Below are positions 57,402 through 64,000 of a stretch of 64,000 nucleotides of DNA, piece by piece (positions within the stretch are counted from its first letter, which is position 1; every line of letters starts with the position of its first letter). Both the position numbers and the translations under genes were made by a program. The DNA is taken from positions 3,328,001 to 3,392,000 of the forward strand of contig OZ251992.1 in the NCBI GenBank assembly GCA_965246885.1, read 5' to 3'. This DNA comes from Abditibacterium sp. GTDB taxonomy: Bacteria; Armatimonadota; Abditibacteriia; Abditibacteriales; Abditibacteriaceae. The notes under the pieces are model-generated. The model ran no database searches. It saw only the letters and a program-made list of their open reading frames with translations, and had not been told where the DNA came from.

Positions 57402-58562
57402 TTACCGCACGCCCATCAAAACTTCCAGCGTCAGTTGCTCTAACCGCTCGTACGGAAGGGAGCGCGCGGAGAGGGTATCGGGGTCGAGTTGGAGGGACTT
57501 GTAGGAGTCGGCTTTTTCTTTCGAGTAGCCGCCTGCTGCGACCGAATCGCCCGTGCCGTTCAGTTCGCGGAAGATGGTCTGTATCTCGGAGTCGGCGTTC
57601 CACTGCGCGGCCTTTTCCTTAAGGATGAGATAGGTTCGCATACAGCCGCGCGCGAATGCCCACACGTCGGCGTAGTCGCTCGTGCGCAGGGCGTGCGCGT
57701 CGAAGTGGAGCGGGCCGGAATAAGCGTTGTCTTCGAGGAGTTTGACGAGATAGAAGTTGCCCTTCAAGTCTTCGGCGCCAAAGCGCAGGTCTTGGTCGAA
57801 GCGTCCCGGCTTTTGGCCGTTGAGGTCAATGTGGAACAGTTTTTTGGCGTCAATGGCCTGCGCGATGTTGTGGGTGAAGTTGAGGCCCGCGATAGTGTCG
57901 TGCGCGAACTCCGGGTTGACGCCGACGTTTTCGGGATGGTCGAGGGTTTCGATGAAAGCGAGGGCGTGGCCCGTCGTGGCGAGGTAGATGTCGCCGCGCG
58001 GCTCGTTGGGCTTGGGTTCGAGCGCGAGCTTATAATTGTAACCCTGCTCCATTTGGTAGGCGTTGAGGAAGTTGAGCGCTTCGCGGAACCACTTAAGCGG
58101 CTCCAATGGGTTCTTGGCGCCGTCCACTTCGGCGCCCTCGCGCCCGCCCCAGAAGACATACACGCCCGCGCCAAATTCGGCGCCCAAGTCCATCGCGCGC
58201 ATCGTCTTTTGGATGGCGAAGTTGCGCACTTTGGCATCGCTCGACGTGAACGCGCCGTCTTTAAAGACCGGGTGCGAGAACAGGTTCGTCGTCGCCATCG
58301 GCACTTTCATCCCAGTCTCTTGGAGGGTCTGCTTAAAGGTGGAAACGATTTGGTCGCGCTCGGAAGCCGACGCGCCAAAGGGCACGAGGTCGTTGTCGTG
58401 GAAGTTGACGCCGTGCGCGCCCAGTTCCGCGAGTTTGCGAACCGACTCGTTGGGGTCAATAGCGGGGCGGACGGGATCGCCGAACGGGTCGCGGCCTTGG
58501 TTGCCGACCGTCCAGAGTCCAAAGGTGAAACGGTCTTGCGGCGTGGGTTGATAGTTGCTCAT
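57402..58562 (-). CDS. xylA: Xylose isomerase (short class I type)
   Basis: [37 protein letters not shown] and FDQD. Start ATG 58562. Confidence 0.97.
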   Translation of the reverse strand: MSNYQPTPQDRFTFGLWTVGNQGRDPFGDPVRPAIDPNESVRKLAELGAHGVNFHDNDLVPFGASASERDQIVSTFKQTLQETGMKVPMATTNLFSHPVFKDGAFTSSDAKVRNFAIQKTMRAMDLGAEFGAGVYVFWGGREGAEVDGAKNPLEPLKWFREALNFLNAYQMEQGYNYKLALEPKPNEPRGDIYLATTGHALAFIETLDHPENVGVNPEFAHDTIAGLNFTHNIAQAIDAKKLFHIDLNGQKPGRFDQDLRFGAEDLKGNFYLVKLLEDNAYSGPLHFDAHALRTSDYADVWAFARGCMRTYLILKEKAAQWNADSEIQTIFRELNGTGDSVAAGGYSKEKADSYKSLQLDPDTLSARSLPYERLEQLTLEVLMGVR

Positions 58563-58691
58563 GGTGTTTCCGAAACAGGTGCAATTTACACCCCCACGCG
58601 CGGCACGGCAACCGCCGCCCACGCACTTATTCCCCGACGCGGCGCAACCAAAGCGCCCGACGCGTGGGAAGGGGCGGGGCATGGCGGCGGG

Positions 58692-60119
58692 CTACTTGTC
58701 GCCTCCGGCGGCGCGCAGAATAAGGGAGACTTGGGAGCCACTGCCACTTTCGTCTACAGGAGTAGAACCATTTTTATTTCTGGCGTTCACGTCGGCGCCG
58801 TGCGCGAGCAAGAGCTTGGTGGTTTCAATGGCGTCCACTTTAGCGGCCCAGTAAAGGGGCGTTTCATCCCAGTTGGTTCGGGCGTCCACCTTGGCGCCGT
58901 GCGCGAGCAAGAGCTTGGCGACTTGGCCGGTATCAAAACTGCTGTAAAGGAAGGGGCCGCCGTAACCCAACTCAGAGGAGATATAGTGCAAGGGGGTCGC
59001 GCCATTCTTGTCGCGCGCGTCCACAGGCGCGCTCTGCGCGAGTAGCAAGGAGGCGAGATCGGCGCTCCCTGCCCGTGCGGCCCAGTGCAACGGCGTAGCG
59101 CCGTTGTTGTCCCGTGCGCCGATGTTGGCACCGTTATCCAGCAACAGGGCGGCTAATCGAACCGCGCGTTGAATAGCGGGCTGGGTGGCTTCGGGGGCAC
59201 CAAGGTGGGCCTCATAGGCACCGTGAACAACATTGGCGACGTAGTGCAAGGGCGTGACGCCGTCGTTGTCTTTAGCATTGGGGTCGGCATCGTGCGCGAG
59301 AAGCAGCGCGACGCTGGCGGCGTTGTTGCAAGAGACAGCCTCGTGTAAAGGCGTGCGCCCATTGAAGTCTCTGGTTTCTGTTTTGGCGCCCTTAGCGAGC
59401 AGGAGCGCCGTCAACTTGGGGTTGTTGTGTCTAACGGCCCAGTAGAGGGGCGTTGAGTAGCTATCTCCAGCGTTCACATCGACATCCTTGGCGAGGAGCA
59501 GAAACGCTACTTTGTCCGCGCGGCGTGCGACGGCATAACTCAGAGGCCGCATGCCCCAATGTCCTTTGGAATCCGGGTCGGCGCCGTGCGCGAGCAGGAG
59601 CGCCGCCACCTTGTTCATGTCGTTGAAGGTGGTGTAGTGCAAGGGCGTGTCGCCCTCGTTGTCCCCGGTGCCCGCGTCGGCGCCGCGCGCGAGCAGGAGC
59701 GCGGCGACTTTGTCGGCCCCCACGCGCGCGGCCACATGGAGCGGCGTCGCGCCTCCGCCGTGTCGGGCGTTCACATCGGCGCCCTTGGTCAGCAGAAGCG
59801 CGGCAAGTGGGGTGTCATCTTCGACGGCAGCGAAATGAAGGGGCGTCCAGTGAGAGGCGTTGATGAGGCGCACGTTGGTCGCGCCCGCCCGCAACGCGCG
59901 TCCCATCGCGGCGACGTTGGGAGTATTTAGAGCATGGAATGCACCGTCATCATCGGCATGGAGGAAGCCGAACGCGCGGGCGAAGTCGGCGTTGGCTTTG
60001 GCGACACGCGCCGAGGCAGTGCGCGTGATGGCGCAGCGCCGCGCAACTTTGGCCGAAACGGGCGCGGCGAGGGAAGCGACGAGTGTAAGCGCGGCGAAGA
60101 ATTGGTTGGAGCGAAACAT
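58692..60119 (-). CDS. Secreted ankyrin repeat protein
   Basis: N-terminal signal-like peptide and about 10 TPLH...LLLA.GAD.N repeats. Confidence 0.92.
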   Translation of the reverse strand: MFRSNQFFAALTLVASLAAPVSAKVARRCAITRTASARVAKANADFARAFGFLHADDDGAFHALNTPNVAAMGRALRAGATNVRLINASHWTPLHFAAVEDDTPLAALLLTKGADVNARHGGGATPLHVAARVGADKVAALLLARGADAGTGDNEGDTPLHYTTFNDMNKVAALLLAHGADPDSKGHWGMRPLSYAVARRADKVAFLLLAKDVDVNAGDSYSTPLYWAVRHNNPKLTALLLAKGAKTETRDFNGRTPLHEAVSCNNAASVALLLAHDADPNAKDNDGVTPLHYVANVVHGAYEAHLGAPEATQPAIQRAVRLAALLLDNGANIGARDNNGATPLHWAARAGSADLASLLLAQSAPVDARDKNGATPLHYISSELGYGGPFLYSSFDTGQVAKLLLAHGAKVDARTNWDETPLYWAAKVDAIETTKLLLAHGADVNARNKNGSTPVDESGSGSQVSLILRAAGGDK

Positions 60120-60174
60120 GGTGTCGATAGTGTCCTAATGGTGCCCTCAGGCGGCGCGGCAATTTGCGCGGCCA

Positions 60175-60209
60175 AAACAAAAAGCGCCCGACTCGTGGGA
60201 GTCGGGCGC
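60175..60209 (-). terminator. Intrinsic terminator after the AAA ATPase
   Basis: GCGCCCGACTC-CCAC-GAGTCGGGCGC followed by TTTTTGTTTT. Confidence 0.8.
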
Positions 60210-60236
60210 GGGGGGTGGGAGGAGGGGCAACCGGGA

Positions 60237-61250
60237 TTAGCCGTGCGCGCCGTTGAGGTGCGGCTTGTCGGCGGGGGTTTCGTCTTCAAAGGGGTCGCCC
60301 GCCATTTCGAGGGGCGTTTCTTTCATCTTGAAGCCGCAGGTCGCCTCGTCGGTGCCGGTGTTACCGCACACCCAGCCGCCGCCGCTTTTGCCGCGCACGT
60401 ATTTGGCGGCGATGCCGCAGTTGCAATGCACCGTATCGAGGTCGTCGGCCTCGAACTCCTCCTCGACCTCGACCGGCGCCGCTTTGGGCGCGGCTTTAGC
60501 GGCGGAGGGGCGCGGCGCGGGCGCGGCGGGCGTTTCGGCTTGGAGGGCTTCGGACGGGGCGCCGTCGGTGAGCCAGTTCTTGAGCGTGCGCGCCACTTCA
60601 CGGCCCGCGCGGTTGACGACGGCGCCTGAGAGTTGCGGGCAGCGCGTTTTGCCGACGATGAAGTTGTTGTCCACATCTATGTCGGCCACCACGTCGAACT
60701 CGTATTCCAAGCCGTCGCGCTGGATGGGCGCCATGCCGACTTTGCGGATGGTGGTGCGCCCCGACTTGGGGTCTTTCTCTTGGACGTATTCGGTCTTGGC
60801 GCGCATGGTGCCTATGATGTGGCATTTGCTCGAAATCATGGCGTCCACCATCGCGTTGTGTTGGGGCGTCACGTCGCGCCACGCGCCGAAGTTGTTGCCC
60901 GACTGCGTGCGCCGCGCCGCTTTGTCCACTTGCTCCAAGGCGCCGTCTTTGCCGACCCACGCATGGGAGAGGGAGTCAATGACCAGGACATCGTAGCCCG
61001 CTTCCTCGGCGGCCTCCATCGCCTCGACGTAGGTCTTGGGCGAATACGTCTCGATTTCGAGGACGTCGAACTCGAACTGGTCGGAATACTTGGAGGCCGA
61101 CCCGCGCTCGGTGTCAATGACAGCGATCTTGGAGCCGAGGTGCGAAGCAATCGCCAAGGCGGTGTAAGTCTTTCCGGCGCCGGCAACGCCAATCAGGGCC
61201 ATGCGAAGCCGCGCGCTCTTTTTCGTAGCTTTTTGAAATGAAAGGGCCAT
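60237..61250 (-). CDS. AAA_24 / Sak4-like ATPase with a C-terminal Cys4 (GRF-like) zinc finger
   Basis: GVAGAGKT, IDTERGS, VIDSLSHAW, TMRAK, QRDGLEYEFD and KTR. C-terminal CNC-x16-C-x9-C. Confidence 0.85.
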   Translation of the reverse strand: MALSFQKATKKSARLRMALIGVAGAGKTYTALAIASHLGSKIAVIDTERGSASKYSDQFEFDVLEIETYSPKTYVEAMEAAEEAGYDVLVIDSLSHAWVGKDGALEQVDKAARRTQSGNNFGAWRDVTPQHNAMVDAMISSKCHIIGTMRAKTEYVQEKDPKSGRTTIRKVGMAPIQRDGLEYEFDVVADIDVDNNFIVGKTRCPQLSGAVVNRAGREVARTLKNWLTDGAPSEALQAETPAAPAPRPSAAKAAPKAAPVEVEEEFEADDLDTVHCNCGIAAKYVRGKSGGGWVCGNTGTDEATCGFKMKETPLEMAGDPFEDETPADKPHLNGAHG

Positions 61251-61349
61251 TGTGTTTCCCCCGGCGCGTCGGACAGGCAAGCATCCCCGCGCAAGTTGCC
61301 GCCCAGTCTACTCGTTTCATCCGCACGGGTGAAGGCGGCGGGCGGAGAT

Positions 61350-62582
61350 TTATTTATCGCGCCCCGCAAGCGGCTCGATGTTTAGCTTCCGGTAGCGCCC
61401 CCAGTCGGCGATGAGGGGCAGAAGTTGAATCCGCGTCACGCCTTGAACCTGCGGCAGAATCGCGCGGGCGCCCGTGCCATCGGCGTTCGCGCGGAAGATG
61501 CGGTTGCCCTTCGCTTTCGCTGCGTCCACGCTTCCGCGAATCCAAAAGAGTTGCTTGCCGTCGAGCGACCACTGGGGCGAAAAGTCATCCTGCGCGCCGT
61601 GCGTCAGGCGCGTGAGTTTCTTCGTCGGCAAGTCAAAGCTGAACAGGTTGCGCGTCGGGTCTGTTGGCGAAGCGGGGCCAACAAAGACGACCTTCTTCTG
61701 TGTTGGATGCCAGAGGAACTGCGGATGCCACGCGCGAAGCGGAAGTTCTCCATATATCGCGTTGTCTTTGAGGCGATAGCGGAGGACGGAGAACTCGTCA
61801 TCAATGGCGCCAACGACTTTGCTGGCCTTGTGCTTCAGGTCGAAGTGAATAAGGAAAGTCGGCGGCGCTTTCGCGCCTTCCAATTGATTGAACCCATAAG
61901 TATCAATCGGCTTGAGAGCAGACAGACAAACCAAATCTTTGCCATCGGGCGGAAGCACCGGAGCGAAGAAACTTCTCCTGTGAGCATAATCTGGGTCTTG
62001 GAAAGAGTAGCCGAACCTCTTCGCGCCACTCTCTAAGAACTGACGCGGCACACGGCGTGAACTCCAAATTTCCCGCCGCGATGTTGAGTCGAAGAGGTCA
62101 ACCTCACCGCGATCCCCCGACATTCCCATCAGTTGCTCGGAGACAACCAAATACTTCTGGTTAACGCTCCATGAGACATCGCCGAACTCGTATCCCACGC
62201 CCCGTTTGAAGGCGCGGAGACGGTAGGCCCCCAAAAATACTCTCTCCTGCGCGTTGAAGCGGGCTGTAAACAGAGATATTTCCGCCGAAGCCGCGTTGTC
62301 TTGTAACGGCAAATCGCGTGGAACATCCGCGAACGCGATGCGGCGTCCATCTGGGGACATCTTCCAATCTGTGTTCTGGACATTGTGGCGAGAATTGAAG
62401 AGAAACGAGTCCCGCAACACAAACGGCGTTTCCTGCCCCAAGCGCACGGCTTCCCACTTCTGCCCGCGCCCGAAGACGAGTACACCGCCCGGTGCCGATG
62501 GGCGCGCGGCTTTCTTCTTCGGCGCCGCGTAGATGGGCGCGGTGAGGGCGGCGAGGAGCGCGATATTCCTAATGTGATTCAT
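61350..62582 (-). CDS. Secreted TolB-like beta-propeller hypothetical protein
   Basis: Signal peptide and PD40-like motifs SPDGRRIAF and PQWSLDGKQL. Confidence 0.7.
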   Translation of the reverse strand: MNHIRNIALLAALTAPIYAAPKKKAARPSAPGGVLVFGRGQKWEAVRLGQETPFVLRDSFLFNSRHNVQNTDWKMSPDGRRIAFADVPRDLPLQDNAASAEISLFTARFNAQERVFLGAYRLRAFKRGVGYEFGDVSWSVNQKYLVVSEQLMGMSGDRGEVDLFDSTSRREIWSSRRVPRQFLESGAKRFGYSFQDPDYAHRRSFFAPVLPPDGKDLVCLSALKPIDTYGFNQLEGAKAPPTFLIHFDLKHKASKVVGAIDDEFSVLRYRLKDNAIYGELPLRAWHPQFLWHPTQKKVVFVGPASPTDPTRNLFSFDLPTKKLTRLTHGAQDDFSPQWSLDGKQLFWIRGSVDAAKAKGNRIFRANADGTGARAILPQVQGVTRIQLLPLIADWGRYRKLNIEPLAGRDK

Positions 62583-62630
62583 GCGTTTAAGCGTAGCACA
62601 TCGCAGATGGTGGGGCGAGGCGCGGAGACG

Positions 62631-62670
62631 AAAAAGCGCGGCCCCGGTTGTGGGGCCGCGCTCTTTGTTT
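62631..62670. terminator. Terminator downstream of trxA
   Basis: AAAAAGCGCGGCCCC-GGTTGT-GGGGCCGCGCTCTTT hairpin. Confidence 0.75.
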
Positions 62671-62681
62671 CGGGGCGCGTC

Positions 62682-63008
62682 TTACGCCAGAATGTTGTCC
62701 ACTTTCGAGGACAGGGCGGCTTCGGCGACGTAGCCGACGCTGGAGTCCACGACTTGGCCGTCTTTGAAGAACAGGATGTTCGGGATGGTTTGGACGGCGT
62801 ATTTGCCTGCGGTTTCGGGGTTCTCGTCCACGTCCACTTTGTAGAAGGCGGCTTTGCCTTGATATTTCTCGGACACGCGGTCTAAGACGGGCGCGAGCAT
62901 CTTGCAGGGCGGGCACCACGTCGCGGTGAAATCAACGACGACCACGCCAGTGGCGTTTTCAACGGCTTGAGCGAAATTGTCGCTCGTCAAAGCGGATACT
63001 TTCGACAT
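62682..63008 (-). CDS. trxA: Thioredoxin
   Basis: VDFTATWCPPCK, KVDVDEN and IP..LFFKDG. GGAG RBS upstream. Confidence 0.95.
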   Translation of the reverse strand: MSKVSALTSDNFAQAVENATGVVVVDFTATWCPPCKMLAPVLDRVSEKYQGKAAFYKVDVDENPETAGKYAVQTIPNILFFKDGQVVDSSVGYVAEAALSSKVDNILA

Positions 63009-63053
63009 AGGGTTTTCTCCAGAACGCGGGCGGGGAGCGGATTAGGCGCCGCC

Positions 63054-63077
63054 ATTGTTCGATAATTTACGAACAAT
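63054..63077. promoter_or_regulatory. Putative ArsR-family operator between the divergent trxA and arsR-like genes
   Basis: Inverted repeat ATTGTTCG-N8-CGAACAAT in an AT-rich patch. Confidence 0.6.
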
Positions 63078-63120
63078 TGAAACGCCGCGCGGTTCCCGCT
63101 CGTTTTGAAAAGCACGAACC

Positions 63121-63462
63121 ATGCGAGACCTCCACCACCCGCCGCGCGAGTGCCTCGAACTGACGCAGGTATTGCACGCGCTGTCCGACCCTATTCGCTT
63201 ATGCATCGCCCGCGAACTGGCGGGGCGCGACGCCCTGCCATGCGGCACCTTTTGCGAGACCGCGCCCAAGTCCACCATGTCTCACCACTTCAAAGTCTTG
63301 CGCACGGCGGGCGTTATCCTGCAACGAAGCGAAGGAACCTCCTGCTTCAATACGCTGCGCCGCGCCGACTTGGACGCGCGCTTTCCAGGGTTGCTGGACG
63401 CCATTCTGCGCGCGCCCTCGGCGCCGTGCGACGGTTTGCCGTGCGAGGACGAAGCGCAATGA
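63121..63462 (+). CDS. ArsR/SmtB-family HTH transcriptional regulator
   Basis: LHALSDPIRL, KSTMSHHFKVLRTAGVI and LDARFPGLL. Confidence 0.9.
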   Translation: MRDLHHPPRECLELTQVLHALSDPIRLCIARELAGRDALPCGTFCETAPKSTMSHHFKVLRTAGVILQRSEGTSCFNTLRRADLDARFPGLLDAILRAPSAPCDGLPCEDEAQ

Positions 63463-64000
63463 ACCTCCTCGGCCTTCACACGCGCGAGTTAGAAGTGCAC
63501 CTGCAAACGCGCGGCGAAGCGGCGTTTCGCGGGCGGCAAATAGCCGACTGGATATACAAGAAGGGCGCCGCCGACTTCGCCGACATGAAGAACCTGAGCG
63601 CCGCGCTACGCGACAAGCTGGCGGCGCAAGATGCGTTGGAGTTCCCGTCGGTTGCTAAGCGCACCGTCGCTGCCGATGGCACGACCAAGCTCTTGCTTGC
63701 GCTCAACGACGGCGAACAGATCGAGACCGTGCGCTTGCCCTACCCCGACCGCTTGAGCGTTTGCGTGTCCAGTCAAGCGGGGTGCGCGATGGCGTGCCAG
63801 TTCTGCGCGACCGGCTTGGGCGGCTTCCGGCGCAACTTAACGGCTGCCGAAATCATCGGGCAAATCCTGCTCGTCAAGCGCGAGGGAACGGACAACCAAA
63901 CGCCGACCCACGTCGTCTTCATGGGCATGGGCGAGCCGCTTCTTAATACGACGCACGTCTTCCACACCATCGAACTGATGCACGAAGAGATGGGCATCCC
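63459..64000 (+). CDS. rlmN: 23S rRNA m2A2503 methyltransferase RlmN (runs off the window end)
   Basis: FRGRQIADWIY, DGTTKLL, IETV, CVSSQAGCAMACQFC radical-SAM motif and VFMGMGEP. The ATG overlaps the arsR-like stop. Confidence 0.95.
   Translation, partial: MNLLGLHTRELEVHLQTRGEAAFRGRQIADWIYKKGAADFADMKNLSAALRDKLAAQDALEFPSVAKRTVAADGTTKLLLALNDGEQIETVRLPYPDRLSVCVSSQAGCAMACQFCATGLGGFRRNLTAAEIIGQILLVKREGTDNQTPTHVVFMGMGEPLLNTTHVFHTIELMHEEMGI

Noticed and set aside
58692..60119. DNA-level repeats in the ankyrin gene as a diversity-generating or mobile element
   Set aside because: They are explained by ~33-aa ankyrin repeats, and no reverse transcriptase or template repeat is present.
57259..62582. 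Prophage or island integrated at tRNA-Arg
   Set aside because: No integrase, no duplicated tRNA 3' end seen and no structural phage genes. The Sak4-like gene lies on the 5' side of the tRNA, beyond xylA.

Overview
A GC-rich bacterial chromosomal window. Gene content and style suggest Armatimonadota (Abditibacterium-like), but that is an inference. Left to right: (1) a minus-strand K+/Na+ homeostasis island. It holds a DUF2294/MpsC-like gene, a structured leader ending in a strong intrinsic terminator, three tandem small ORFs (the last is KdpF), kdpABC, a CPA1 Na+/H+ antiporter, a KimA/YdaO-like APC permease, a HAMP/PAS histidine kinase, a response regulator with an unrecognised output domain, and a stand-alone KdpD-N/USP protein. 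(2) A fused E1 plus E2 2-oxoacid dehydrogenase pair. (3) A P450, a methyltransferase and a DExH helicase. (4) A complete guanidine carboxylase pathway (guanidine-I riboswitch, cgdAB, carboxylase, atzF) with a divergent NitT/TauT ABC transporter. (5) An ~11.5 kb catabolic cluster of unknown substrate containing a MetE-like Zn enzyme. (6) A mixed region: two MurJ-like flippases, CsbD, UbiD/MqnL, MFS, STAS-HTH, PRC-barrel protein, tRNA-Arg(ACG), xylA, ankyrin protein, orphan Sak4-like ATPase, trxA, ArsR regulator and partial rlmN. Intergenic spaces carry many REP-like palindromes, and there are five arrays with a 21-bp period, one of them in frame inside the carboxylase gene. The best candidates for undescribed biology are the DUF2294 + leader-terminator module in front of kdp, the 21-bp arrays, the MetE-containing cluster and an orphan structured leader on the ABC transporter. 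All calls come from reading motifs by eye; no database searches were run.
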